Shown: positions 27,801-36,843, numbered from the stretch's first letter. The stretch is DNA of 43,607 bases from a bacterium (GCA_044869275.1 JBIOXB010000041.1:1-43607); one strand, 5' to 3'. The notes: generated by a model not told the origin, from the sequence alone. A program made the numbers and translations.

Positions 27801-28193
27801 AATTGCGTCGATCCTTCCGGTTCGACGCCGGGCCGCGCCAACTCGATTTTGACGACCGCATTGCCAACGGCGGTCGCATTGAACGTCTCTCCCAATCCCT
27901 TCTCTCCGGACGAGGATGGTTTCGAAGACTTCGCTCTATTCCAAATCAATCTGCCCGTCACCACGGCTGCCGTGCAAGTGAAAATCTATGATCTGCGCGG
28001 CCGCCTGGTGCGGCACCTCTTGAACAACCAGCCGGTCGGCTCACAATATGCCGCGCTTTGGAATGGTCGTGACGATCGCGGCGAAAGCGTGCGCACCGGA
28101 CTCTACATTGTCTACCTCCAAGCCCTGCGCGCCGATCAGGGCGTGCTGCTGGACGCGAAATCCACCGTGGTCGTCGCCCGCCCTTTGAATTAG
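24855..28193 (+). CDS. Secreted protein with four lamin-tail domains, interspersed CARDB/Ig-like domains and an FlgD-like C-terminal domain
   Basis: Repeats ILTEVMYNP / VINEVMFDP / VINEIMYDP / VINEVHYAP, each followed by an E(D)-W/F-x-E-L/I-x-N motif; ATP/TPG..NS ends; SPNPFSPDEDG tail. Confidence 0.85.
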   Translation: MGRKLFLGICAVLAVSAHAQIILTEVMYNPRGSENDNEFLELYNLSETDTVSLSGWRVGDQDALDEIISPQTGLKIPPLHYAVILDPSYFQSSTQYDSLIPAEALLLTVPDNTLGSGGFSNSTAETIILVDASGDTIARYAYSPGNPDGISDEKINLTQDDAPLNWANARRVEGTPGFTNSVRPRQTDGELVPTSLRISPLLLREDSPATIFVTVRNAGVKALQQFTVGFDLIPAGNEFGAPVYLGNLAPARVLAAADTMPLEFPGSNLRPGKYRLLATLSVDQDENASNDTVSIQIAIGWRREVIVINEVMFDPASGEPEWIEIYNPQDFSPPFGEWRVEDESSSKSTPAPRLEIPPQGYRVLTSSAEVARIFGLADTSVILLSRFPSLNNSGDAVLLRDFSGAVIDSLAYEGDWASSGKSLEKIWYERGNDQRNWRPSRAARGATPAACNSVSPRGYNMEIGPLRLVPQRPRFGESILLEVPVFNAGRRVFSSFSAAVLFDTTGARDWNSAALLRVFQNDRELASEDSIVFVTTWERPPAGRIDLAAILHAAGDESARDDSTFAQVNASFALSTVVINEIMYDPASGLPDWIELFNPQPQHISVAGWSIEDETGGRATFSAAATLPPQSYRVVTSARELAGLYHLPDSVITLTASFPALNQTGDVIVLRDTNGRAIDSLRYENAWGQPEKSLERIWFERENLHNNWLPSRAAPGATPASFNSVSPREFDLAVLTLQCSPARPRAGDAVELSAKIRNQGRRTLSTFALAFYYEVIGPQEEEAPVLLAEFPVTQELHSEDSMHVAISWPQPPSGKIELWAEAHETRDQVAENNRAVAQLPVGYPAKTIVINEVHYAPASGEIEWFEIFNRSAAPVNLSAWLWQEADAASPAVLPEITLLLNAGEYAVISAAGSIPNLHAAALHVLSTRWLALNNDEDKIEIFDFNLDLQDSLRFSSRWGGTTGVSLERINPNLATSDSGNWSNCVDPSGSTPGRANSILTTALPTAVALNVSPNPFSPDEDGFEDFALFQINLPVTTAAVQVKIYDLRGRLVRHLLNNQPVGSQYAALWNGRDDRGESVRTGLYIVYLQALRADQGVLLDAKSTVVVARPLN

Positions 28194-28213
28194 CGCCAAG
28201 CTCAAGTTTTTCA

Positions 28214-28242
28214 TTGCATTTTTACGACTTCACAGCTATATT
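28214..28242 (+). promoter_or_regulatory. Possible sigma70 promoter for the yggS-divIVA cluster (near-leaderless mRNA)
   Basis: TTGCAT-N17-TATATT ending 8 nt before the GTG start; no obvious SD. Confidence 0.4.
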
Positions 28243-28250
28243 TTTGCATT

Positions 28251-28949
28251 GTGAGGTTTGGCGTTGAAAACTACAAGGCCGTGCAGGCGCGTATCGCTCT
28301 GGCCTGCGCGCGTGCGGGACGGGATGTTGCGGAAGTGACGCTGGTCGGAGTCACCAAGACCGTTTCGCCGGAAGATGCCGCCATCGCTTGCCAATATGGC
28401 CTGAAAGTCCTTGGCGAGAATCGCGTGCAGGACGCGGCGGCCAAGATCGAAGCCTTGCGACAAAAAGGCCTCGCACCGCAGTGGCATCTCATCGGCCATT
28501 TGCAGACGAACAAAGCCCGGCAAGCGGTCGAATTGTTCGATGTCATTCAGTCTGTTGACAGTATTCGCCTGGCCGAAACCCTGCAGCGGCATGCTGAAGC
28601 CCGCCAACGCCCAATCGAAATTCTTGTGCAAGTCAACACCTCCGGCGAGAGCACGAAATTCGGTGTGGCTCCGTCAGAAGCGATCAGCTTTATTCGCGAA
28701 CTCTCCGGCTATCCGCAGGTGCGCGTGACGGGCTTGATGACCATCGGCGCGCTGGACCCCGACAGCTCGAAAATTCGCCAATGCTTCCAGCGCCTTCGCG
28801 GGCTCGCTGAGAACGTCAGAGCACACCATTTTCAGGACGTCACTATGCGGCATCTTTCCATGGGTATGACCGACGATTTTGAAATCGCCATTGCCGAGGG
28901 CTCGACCATGATTCGCATCGGCCGTGCGCTCTTCGGAGCACGCCCATGA
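28251..28949 (+). CDS. yggS: YggS-family pyridoxal phosphate homeostasis protein
   Basis: VGVTKT, GENRVQ, WHLIGHLQTNK, GLMTIG, LSMGMTDDFEIAIAEGSTMIRIGRALFG. Confidence 0.95.
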   Translation: MRFGVENYKAVQARIALACARAGRDVAEVTLVGVTKTVSPEDAAIACQYGLKVLGENRVQDAAAKIEALRQKGLAPQWHLIGHLQTNKARQAVELFDVIQSVDSIRLAETLQRHAEARQRPIEILVQVNTSGESTKFGVAPSEAISFIRELSGYPQVRVTGLMTIGALDPDSSKIRQCFQRLRGLAENVRAHHFQDVTMRHLSMGMTDDFEIAIAEGSTMIRIGRALFGARP

Positions 28950-29076
28950 TTTCCGAATAAAGAACTTCACCGGAGCGCAAGCTGCAGTGCAGACTGCGGA
29001 AATTCCCGCTGCTGTCATGCGCAAATGAGCTCGTGCGAGCGTACTTATTTTCTCATACCAAAGTAGGAGCATCACC

Positions 29077-29853
29077 TTGCGTTTAACCCCCGTTGACATT
29101 CGCAAACAGGAATTCAAGCGCGCCGTGCGCGGCTACGATAAAGACGAAGTCGACACCTTTTTAGAGATGGTGGCGGAAGAGTTTGAAACGATGCTGCGCG
29201 ACAAGGAACGCATGCAAGAGGAAACCGTGCGTTTGCGTACGCAATTGCACGATTACCAGGAAATCGAGCGCACGCTGAAACTGGCCTTGAAGAACGCCGA
29301 CATCTCGCTGCAGCAAACGGTAGAAAATGCCAAACGCCAAGGCGACATGATCGTGCGCGAAGCCGAGATGCAATCCGAAAAAATCCTGCATGACACCAAA
29401 ACCAAGCTGTCCGATTTGAAAAACGAATTACTGCTGGTGCGCGCGCAAAAGGACTCGTTTGCGCGGCGTTTGCGCCATCTGCTGGAAAGCCAGCTCGAAT
29501 TGATTGGCGTGCTGGAAATGGATGATCTCGGTTTCGGCGAGCCCGATGCCGCGCCGCACGCCCTGCGCGCGAGCGCGGACCGCGCACCCGCAACCGTCTC
29601 GCCCTCTACGGGCGCTGAAGCGAGCGCACGTTCCGGCGCAAGCAAGAGTGCGCCGGCTGCCGATAAGACCGTGCCCGAGACTTTCCGGCCCACGGCCTTG
29701 CGCGGCGCAGAAGTGACGCGCCGCAACAACAGCCGCGGCCCCGTTGCAGAATTCCGTCCGGTGGCGGAAGCGGAATCTGCGCTCGGCGTAAAAGAACAAG
29801 CGTTGAACGGAGATAAGAAAGAAAATCGCATTTCAGATCATTTGATCACGTAG
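29077..29853 (+). CDS. divIVA: DivIVA-domain protein with low-complexity C-terminal tail
   Basis: LTPVDIRKQEFKRAVRGYDKDEVDTFL then coiled coil; TTG start with AGGAG RBS. Confidence 0.9.
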   Translation: MRLTPVDIRKQEFKRAVRGYDKDEVDTFLEMVAEEFETMLRDKERMQEETVRLRTQLHDYQEIERTLKLALKNADISLQQTVENAKRQGDMIVREAEMQSEKILHDTKTKLSDLKNELLLVRAQKDSFARRLRHLLESQLELIGVLEMDDLGFGEPDAAPHALRASADRAPATVSPSTGAEASARSGASKSAPAADKTVPETFRPTALRGAEVTRRNNSRGPVAEFRPVAEAESALGVKEQALNGDKKENRISDHLIT

Positions 29854-29867
29854 GCCGGACAAGCCGG

Positions 29868-29933
29868 AAACCCAAAAGTCAAAGCACAAAAACCAAAAAA
29901 GGAGTTGAATTTTGAGCTTTGGATTTTGAATTT
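29868..29933. repeat. Inverted array of 7-bp units (caaa/tttg type); related half-array at ~15000-15029
   Basis: cccaaa-agtcaaa-gcacaaa-aaccaaa ... tttgagc-tttggat-tttgaat. Confidence 0.65.
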
Positions 29934-30097
29934 CATTGCTAAAAAGCACGGATTGCACTGCTTATGGAATAACGGTCTTTGTTCTTTTTCATTTTTCGCC
30001 AAATTCGACAATTGGCAAGGCATCATTCAGGACAGTATTGGACCCGGCCTGCGCGCCGGATTTTCGTTATAGGACATCACTACAGGAGAACTGCATC

Positions 30098-30619
30098 ATG
30101 TCGAATTGGAAGTTTGCCCGGCGGCCTTGCAGCGTCGCCGTGTTGTGCGCGCTGACTTTAAGCTATTCCGCTTGCGCTTCCCGCATGGCGATGGTCGACG
30201 ATCGCGGCCAAGCCATTACCCAGCAGGAAGTCGACGCAAAAAAATCGAATAAAAATTTCTTACTCTACACCTTGGGCGGCGGCGCGCTAAGCTTCGGCGC
30301 CAGCTTTTTTGTGGGCTCCATGGTCGAACGCAACGCCGAGAGTGAGAACCGCACGGCATTGTGGGCAATCACCGGAGCGGGCACGGTGATTGGCACGGTT
30401 TTATTCGCGCACACCGGCCGCGTGCGCGACTTCAATCTCGCGGTTGACATGGTGAAAGACGAGCGCCAGGGCGCTTTGACCAAGGATATCGAGACAGAGA
30501 AGCAGAAACAAGATCGCATCACGGCAGAGCGCAGAAAGCTCGAAGAGGATCGCAAAAAACAGGAAGCCGAGCGCGAAGAGCTGTTGAAAAAAATCCGTGC
30601 CAAGCAAAGCAAAGAATAG
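30098..30619 (+). CDS. Hypothetical membrane or lipoprotein with two Gly-rich hydrophobic segments and a charged coiled-coil tail
   Basis: AGGAG RBS before ATG 30098; lipobox-like [19 protein letters not shown] and [17 protein letters not shown]-rich end. Confidence 0.7.
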   Translation: MSNWKFARRPCSVAVLCALTLSYSACASRMAMVDDRGQAITQQEVDAKKSNKNFLLYTLGGGALSFGASFFVGSMVERNAESENRTALWAITGAGTVIGTVLFAHTGRVRDFNLAVDMVKDERQGALTKDIETEKQKQDRITAERRKLEEDRKKQEAEREELLKKIRAKQSKE

Positions 30620-30665
30620 GGACGCTGAAGCAGTTTCTTGGCCGGAGAGAGGGCGATTGCAACGC

Positions 30666-31487
30666 ATGGGAGCTTTAACGCAGCAGATTCAAGAAGCCGT
30701 GGCGGTGATCCGCCAACGCGCGAAATTGCAGCCGACTATCGGCATTATCCTGGGGACGGGACTGGGCGCGCTGGCGAAAGAAGTTCAAACGGAAGCGGTT
30801 ATTCCGTATTCCGATTTACCGCATTTTCCATTGTCCACGGTCGAAAGCCATGCCGGTCGACTTCTCTTGGGCACTCTGGCCAGCAAACAAGTCATGGTCA
30901 TGCAGGGCCGCTTTCATTACTATGAAGGTTATTCGATGAAACAAATCACCTTCCCGGTGCGGGTAATGAAAGCCATGGGCTGCGGCACGTTGATGGTCTC
31001 CAATGCCGGTGGCGGCATGAATCCGCTGTTTGCGCCGGGTGATCTCATGATCATGACCGACCACATCAATCTGCTCGGTGATAATCCGCTGATCGGGCCG
31101 AATGAAGAGGAACTCGGCCCGCGCTTTCCCGACATGTCCGAGCCCTACTCGCGCGAGCTGATTGCGCTCGCCGAGCAAGTTGCGCTCGAAGAAAAACTTC
31201 GTGTGGAAAAAGGCGTGTATGTAGCGCTCTCCGGACCGTGTCTCGAAACTCGCGCCGAATATCGTTTTTTGCGTGCCATCGGCGCGGACATCGTGGGCAT
31301 GAGCACCGTGCCCGAGGTCATTGCCGCGGTGCACGGTGGCATGCGCGTGCTGGGCTTTTCCGTGATCACCGACTCCTGCCTGCCCGATGCGCTGGAGCCG
31401 GTGGATATCGCCAAAATCATCAAGACCGCGGGCGAGGCCGAGCCCAAACTGACGTTGATCATGAAGCGCGTGATTGAGAGATTGTAG
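30666..31487 (+). CDS. punA: Purine-nucleoside phosphorylase (trimeric type)
   Basis: [53 protein letters not shown]. Confidence 0.93.
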   Translation: MGALTQQIQEAVAVIRQRAKLQPTIGIILGTGLGALAKEVQTEAVIPYSDLPHFPLSTVESHAGRLLLGTLASKQVMVMQGRFHYYEGYSMKQITFPVRVMKAMGCGTLMVSNAGGGMNPLFAPGDLMIMTDHINLLGDNPLIGPNEEELGPRFPDMSEPYSRELIALAEQVALEEKLRVEKGVYVALSGPCLETRAEYRFLRAIGADIVGMSTVPEVIAAVHGGMRVLGFSVITDSCLPDALEPVDIAKIIKTAGEAEPKLTLIMKRVIERL

Positions 31488-31532
31488 CGACAACTTCTGA
31501 ATCCCTCCAAACAAACAAATCAGGCAGGACTC

Positions 31533-32165
31533 ATGGGCGTCGCGACATTAGAAAAAAGAATGCCAATGCCGCCAAAGCCGCGCTTGATGTCGGAAGAAGA
31601 ATTCGAAGCGTGGGGTGACGAAGATGTGAAAGCAGAATTCGTCGATGGGGAGGTGATTGTTATCGCTCCGGAATCAGTCGGCCAATGTTTCAACGAAACC
31701 GAGTTCGGCACGCTTCTGAACCTGTTTGTGAAAAAAAACGAACTCGGATTTGTGATGTCAACGGGCAACCTGCCGGTGCGCCTGCGCAAGGGATTGCGGC
31801 GTTGTCCCGATGTTATGTTTATTCAGAAATCTCGCGCCAACATCATTCGCAAGACTCACATTGAGGGCGCGCCGGATTTCGCTCTCGAATTCGTCTCGCC
31901 GGACAGCGTTATTCGCGACTGGCATGAAAAATACGTCGGATATGAGACTGCAGGCGTGCGCGAATACTGGATCGTGGATCTTACACAACAGCGGATGGCA
32001 GCATATGCTCTCGGTGGGGATCGGCGCTATCAAATTATAGCGCCGCAAGATGGCAAAGTACTTTCACGAGTTTTGCCTGGCTTCTGGTTCAAAGCTGAAT
32101 GGTTCTGGCAAGAGCCAAGTTTTGACGTATATGCAGTCGCCAAGGAGATTGGCCTACTCGCTTGA
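31533..32165 (+). CDS. Uma2 (DUF820) family endonuclease-like protein
   Basis: EFVDGEV, PDVMF, GAPDFALEFVSPDS, YETAGVREYWIVD, SRVLPGF. Confidence 0.9.
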   Translation: MGVATLEKRMPMPPKPRLMSEEEFEAWGDEDVKAEFVDGEVIVIAPESVGQCFNETEFGTLLNLFVKKNELGFVMSTGNLPVRLRKGLRRCPDVMFIQKSRANIIRKTHIEGAPDFALEFVSPDSVIRDWHEKYVGYETAGVREYWIVDLTQQRMAAYALGGDRRYQIIAPQDGKVLSRVLPGFWFKAEWFWQEPSFDVYAVAKEIGLLA

Positions 32166-32264
32166 ACCATCAAGACCAAGCATCAGAAATGGAATCAAAA
32201 GTGCCGCGATCTTCAGAACATACGGCCAATTCAATAGCTTAGACGAAGCTAAAGGCACCCTCGG

Positions 32265-35200
32265 ATGTATGACCCATTCCCACAAGAGTTGAACCTCCCT
32301 AAAATCGAAGAAGACGTTTTAGCCTTCTGGAAACAGGCTGATATTTTCAAGAAAAGCATCTCCTCCCGCCCCGCTAACAAACCCTTTGTGTTTTATGAAG
32401 GTCCCCCCACGGCCAACGGCAAGCCCGGCATTCATCACGTACTCGCGCGCACCATGAAAGATTTCGCTTGCCGCTTGAAAACCATGCAGGGCTATCGCGT
32501 CGAGCGCAAAGCCGGCTGGGACACGCATGGCCTGCCAGTAGAGATCGAAGTCGAAAAAGAGCTGAAATTTACCAAGAAGGATCAGATTCTCGCGTACGGC
32601 ATCGACAAGTTCAACGCCAGGTGCCGCGAAAGCGTATGGAAATACAAACAGCTCTGGGACGAGCTGACCGAGCGCATCGGTTATTGGGTTGACCTGGAAA
32701 ACCCGTATATCACCTACGAAAACTATTACATTGAAAGCATTTGGTGGATTCTGCGGCAATTATGGGATCGCGGCCTGATCTACCGCGGCCACAAGATCGT
32801 ACCCTATTGCCCGCGTTGCGAAACCCCTTTGTCGAGCCACGAGGTCTCGCTGGGCTATAATGACGTGGAGGATCCCTCCGTCTATGTCAAATTGAAACTA
32901 AAAAACGAACCGCAGACCTCGTTTTTAGTTTGGACGACCACGCCCTGGACGCTGATTTCCAACGTGGCGCTGGCGTTGCATCCGGAAGTGACATATGTGA
33001 AAGTCGCGCATCAAGGCGAGAGGCTGATTTTGGCGGAGCCACGCCTGTCCGTGCTCGAGGGTTCGTATGAAATCATTGAGAAGAAACCAGGCAGCGCCTA
33101 TGCCAATATTGATTACGAGCCGCTGTTCACTTTCCTGCGCAGCCCCAAGCGCTCGCATTATTCGGTGCTCGCGGATTTCGTCACCACCGAAGACGGCAGT
33201 GGCATTGTGCACCTGGCGCCGGCGTTCGGTGAAGATGATTATCAAACCGGCCTGAAACACGATTTGCCTTTCTTTCAGCCGATTGACAAAAGCGGCCGCT
33301 TCACCGCCGAAGTCACGCCCTGGGCAGGCATGTTTTTCAAGGAAGCCGATCCGCAAATCGTACGCACGCTGAAAGAAAACCGCCGGCTGTACAAGGTGGA
33401 GAAATACACGCACAGTTATCCGCATTGCTGGCGCGACGGCACGCCCCTGATTTATTATGCCAAAGAATCGTGGTATATCCGCACCACGGCTTTCAAGGAT
33501 CGGTTCGTCGCGTTGAATCGCGAGATCAATTGGTTTCCGCCCGAAGTCGGTACGGGCCGCTTCGGCGAATGGCTCGCGAACAACGTCGATTGGGCGCTGT
33601 CCCGCGAGCGTTTCTGGGGGACCCCGCTGCCGATTTGGCTGGATGAGAACGGCAATGGCTATTGCGTCGGCTCCGTAAATGAGCTGGCAGAATTGGTGGG
33701 TCGCGATTTGAGCAATTTCGATCTGCACCGGCCTTTTGTTGATGAGCTCACTTTTCAGCATCCGAAGACCGGCAAGCTCGCGCGCCGCACGCCGGAGGTG
33801 ATCGACGTGTGGTTCGACAGCGGCGCCATGCCGGTCGCGCAGTGGCATTATCCCTTCGAAAACCAAAAAATTTTCGCGCAGAATTTCCCTGCGGATTTCA
33901 TTAGCGAAGGCGTGGATCAAACCCGCGGCTGGTTTTATTCTTTGTTCGCCATTGCCGCCATGTTGTTCGACAAACCCTGCTACAGGAACTGCGTGTCGCT
34001 CGAGCTGGTGCTCGACAAAGACGGCCAAAAGATGTCGAAGTCGAAAGGCAACACCGTCGATCCGTTTCAGGTCGTGGGCGCACACGGTGCGGATGCCGTA
34101 CGGTGGTATTTGATGACCACCAGCCCGCCGTGGCAAACCACGCGCTTCGACCTGGAGGGCGTGAAAGAAGTGGTGAGCCGCTTTTTTGGCACCTTGGTCA
34201 ACACCTACGCTTTCTTTGCGATGTATGCCAACATCGATGAGTTTGTCTATCCGGAAAAGCCGATTCCGCTGGCGCAGCGGCCCGAGATCGATCGCTGGCT
34301 GCTGTCGAGCTTGAACAGCTTGGTCGCGCGTGTGGAAGAAAACTACAATGTTTACGACGTCACGCGCGGCGGCCGCGCGATTGCAGATTTTGTGGTGGAT
34401 GATCTCTCGAACTGGTACGTGCGACGCAACCGCAGGCGTTTTTGGAAATCCGGCATGGGCGAGGACAAACAGGCGGCATTTGAGACTTTGCATGAAGCTT
34501 TGCTCACGGTCAGCAAATTGATTGCGCCGCTCGCGCCTTTCCTCAGCGAAGCGGTCTATCGCCGCATGACGGCAGCGCAAAAGCACGCGGAGGATAGCGT
34601 GCATCTCTGCGCGTTCCCTTCCGCGAGCCATGTGGCCCATCAATTCCGCGAGCGGGACTTGGAAGCACAAATGGATGCCGTGCGCACCGTGGTGGTCGCC
34701 GGGCGAGGGCTGCGCAGTGCCCAGGCACTCAAAGTGCGCCAGCCCTTGCGCCGTCTCATCGTTGTGACACCGGAAGCCGGCAAGCGCGCCGCGATTCAAG
34801 CGGGATCAATTTTGATTCAAGATGAGTTGAATGTCAAGAAGATCGAATTCCTGGATTCTGCGGCGGCCTTGACCGTTTCGAAAGCCGAGCCAATTTTCAA
34901 ATCTCTCGGGCCGAAATTCGGCAAACGGGCGAATGCCGTGGCGGAAGCGATCCGCGCGTTGCCTTCTGCGCGAGTACGCGAACTGCAGGCGGGAGGACAA
35001 GCCGAAATCCAGGTGCAAAATGAAGCGCTGGCGATCTCCACGGATGACGTTCGCATCGTCGAACAACAATCCGAAGGCTTGGCGGTCGCTGCCGGGGCCG
35101 GCTACACCATCGCGCTGGACACAAAACTCGACGACGACCTGCTTGCCGAGGGCTTGGCACGCGATTTCGTCAACCGGGTGCAGAACATGCGCAAATCCGC

Positions 35201-35408
35201 TGGCTTCGAGGTCACTGATCGCATTCGCATCGCGTATCGCGCCACGCCCGCCACGCAGCAAGCGCTGCAAAAGCTCTCGGCTTATATTCAAAACGAGACC
35301 CTGGCGGACTCCTGCACTGCCATTGATTCCGACAGAAATCATCTCGCCCATCGCGAAGAATGGGAAGTAGGCAATGAAGAAGTGGCGATCAGCATCGCGC
35401 GAGTGTGA
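32265..35408 (+). CDS. ileS: Isoleucine--tRNA ligase, type 2 (IleRS2)
   Basis: FYEGPPTANGKPGIHH, GWDTHGLPVE, WTTTPWTL, WALSRERFWGTP, EGVDQTRGWFY, KMSKS, SNWYVRRNRRRFW; 1047 aa. Confidence 0.97.
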   Translation: MYDPFPQELNLPKIEEDVLAFWKQADIFKKSISSRPANKPFVFYEGPPTANGKPGIHHVLARTMKDFACRLKTMQGYRVERKAGWDTHGLPVEIEVEKELKFTKKDQILAYGIDKFNARCRESVWKYKQLWDELTERIGYWVDLENPYITYENYYIESIWWILRQLWDRGLIYRGHKIVPYCPRCETPLSSHEVSLGYNDVEDPSVYVKLKLKNEPQTSFLVWTTTPWTLISNVALALHPEVTYVKVAHQGERLILAEPRLSVLEGSYEIIEKKPGSAYANIDYEPLFTFLRSPKRSHYSVLADFVTTEDGSGIVHLAPAFGEDDYQTGLKHDLPFFQPIDKSGRFTAEVTPWAGMFFKEADPQIVRTLKENRRLYKVEKYTHSYPHCWRDGTPLIYYAKESWYIRTTAFKDRFVALNREINWFPPEVGTGRFGEWLANNVDWALSRERFWGTPLPIWLDENGNGYCVGSVNELAELVGRDLSNFDLHRPFVDELTFQHPKTGKLARRTPEVIDVWFDSGAMPVAQWHYPFENQKIFAQNFPADFISEGVDQTRGWFYSLFAIAAMLFDKPCYRNCVSLELVLDKDGQKMSKSKGNTVDPFQVVGAHGADAVRWYLMTTSPPWQTTRFDLEGVKEVVSRFFGTLVNTYAFFAMYANIDEFVYPEKPIPLAQRPEIDRWLLSSLNSLVARVEENYNVYDVTRGGRAIADFVVDDLSNWYVRRNRRRFWKSGMGEDKQAAFETLHEALLTVSKLIAPLAPFLSEAVYRRMTAAQKHAEDSVHLCAFPSASHVAHQFRERDLEAQMDAVRTVVVAGRGLRSAQALKVRQPLRRLIVVTPEAGKRAAIQAGSILIQDELNVKKIEFLDSAAALTVSKAEPIFKSLGPKFGKRANAVAEAIRALPSARVRELQAGGQAEIQVQNEALAISTDDVRIVEQQSEGLAVAAGAGYTIALDTKLDDDLLAEGLARDFVNRVQNMRKSAGFEVTDRIRIAYRATPATQQALQKLSAYIQNETLADSCTAIDSDRNHLAHREEWEVGNEEVAISIARV

Positions 35409-35641
35409 TCTGCACCCGGTCGTTCGGCCAGGAAAATTCTCACGGAGCGAATCTTTTTCCACCTGCGGTGAACGCCCAGAATCCAGACGGATTTGGAAGG
35501 GGCGGGAAAAACTCAAAAATTAGACTTGAGATTGACGCAAAAAGCTTTTATTCTTTAGGATTAACTTCTTCGGCTCTTCATCACGGAGTCTCAGGCTTTC
35601 ATGATCGCAATTTTGGAAGACTAACTCATAGGAGGGCACTC

Positions 35642-36025
35642 ATGCAGGCACCAGACTTGCAGTTTTTCAAAAATCTGTTGTTGGAACGCAGGAACGAGCT
35701 GCTGCAAGAATTGGAAGCTTTCAAAAACGGCGACAATAGCTCGACGATAAAGGACGCCTCCGGGGAAAATTCCTCCTACTCGTTTCACATGGCCGATCAA
35801 GGCACGGATCACATGGAACGCGAAAAGGCGTACTACTTCCACACGCGCGAGGGCCGCTTGCTGTATCATGTCGATCAAGCGCTCGAGCGCATCGAAGACG
35901 GCACCTTCGGCAATTGCCACCACTGCGGCCAGCCGATCAGCCGCGACCGTCTGGAGGCCGTGCCCCATGCCCGTTTGTGCATCGATTGCAAAATGAAAGA
36001 AGAAAGCGGCGTGCCCTGGCAGTAA
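35642..36025 (+). CDS. TraR/DksA C4-type zinc-finger protein
   Basis: GGAGG RBS; HMADQGTD, ALERIEDGTFGNCHHCGQPISRDRLEAVPHARLCIDCK. Confidence 0.9.
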   Translation: MQAPDLQFFKNLLLERRNELLQELEAFKNGDNSSTIKDASGENSSYSFHMADQGTDHMEREKAYYFHTREGRLLYHVDQALERIEDGTFGNCHHCGQPISRDRLEAVPHARLCIDCKMKEESGVPWQ

Positions 36026-36138
36026 TGCGTGGCGCAGCTGCGCCTTTGGGGTGTGCATGCTCCCGAGCAACGCAGCCGTTGACGAGGCTTGCTTACGCTG
36101 TACGCTTTACGGTCTGCGGAAGAGGAGCTGTGTGAGAA

Positions 36139-36714
36139 GTGAATGCTGAATCTGGAATCACTATGTTGGATCGCATGCGAATTTTGAGTATTTCTGTAAT
36201 GATCGTCGTGCTTGATCAAATCACCAAGCTCGCCATCAAGGCGCGCTTTTTTTTGAGTGAGTCTGTCGAGTTGTGGGGCGATTTTCTACGCCTAACCTAT
36301 ATCGAAAATCCCGGCATGGCATTTGGCATTCGCATCGGCGGCAAGTATTTCTTTACGATTTTTGCGACGATTGCGACCCTGGTCATTCTTTACTATCTCC
36401 ACCGCATTCGCCACGAGCGCTTTGCCTCGCGCCTGGCGCTGGCGTTGATTTTGGGCGGCGCCATCGGCAATCTCATCGATCGCTATGCTTACGGCCAGGT
36501 CATCGATTTCATCGACGTCGGCATCGGCAGCACGCGCTGGCCGGTGTTCAATGTCGCAGATAGTGCGGTCACCGTCGGCATGATTATGCTGATCGGGTTC
36601 GTTCTGCTCGAGCGCGAGACCCCGCCGGAAAAGAACAAAATTCCGGCATTTGTTGCCAGCGATCCCGCGCCCAGCGACGAGAATGATAATTGGCGTGACG
36701 CGCGCAAATCTTGA
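36139..36714 (+). CDS. lspA: Lipoprotein signal peptidase II (exact start uncertain)
   Basis: DQITK, ENPGMAFG, GGAIGNLIDR, VIDFI, FNVADSA. Confidence 0.95.
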   Translation: MNAESGITMLDRMRILSISVMIVVLDQITKLAIKARFFLSESVELWGDFLRLTYIENPGMAFGIRIGGKYFFTIFATIATLVILYYLHRIRHERFASRLALALILGGAIGNLIDRYAYGQVIDFIDVGIGSTRWPVFNVADSAVTVGMIMLIGFVLLERETPPEKNKIPAFVASDPAPSDENDNWRDARKS

Positions 36715-36843
36715 GAGCGGGTTGTTGCGCGCCTCGTTTTGAAGTCATGCCCGCGCCCGCACGCCTCCCGCAACTTCGGGAAAAAACGGATTCCTCCCGC
36801 CGCGGGACGAGTATGACCTCAAAAGAAACCTAAGTTTCTCCTC

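Noticed and set aside
32166..32264. T-box leader before ileS
   Set aside because: Only ~100 nt, with no T-box consensus or terminator
32925..34799. 624-aa minus-strand ORF, and similar long antisense ORFs such as 9062-10237 and 22225-23379
   Set aside because: They lie entirely opposite well-supported genes, have no recognisable motifs, and are expected shadows of GC-rich codon usage
35405..35641. N-terminal extensions in the ORF track (dksA-like from 35405; also 12915, 15008, 16516, 29936, 30597)
   Set aside because: Family homology and RBS positions support the downstream ATGs
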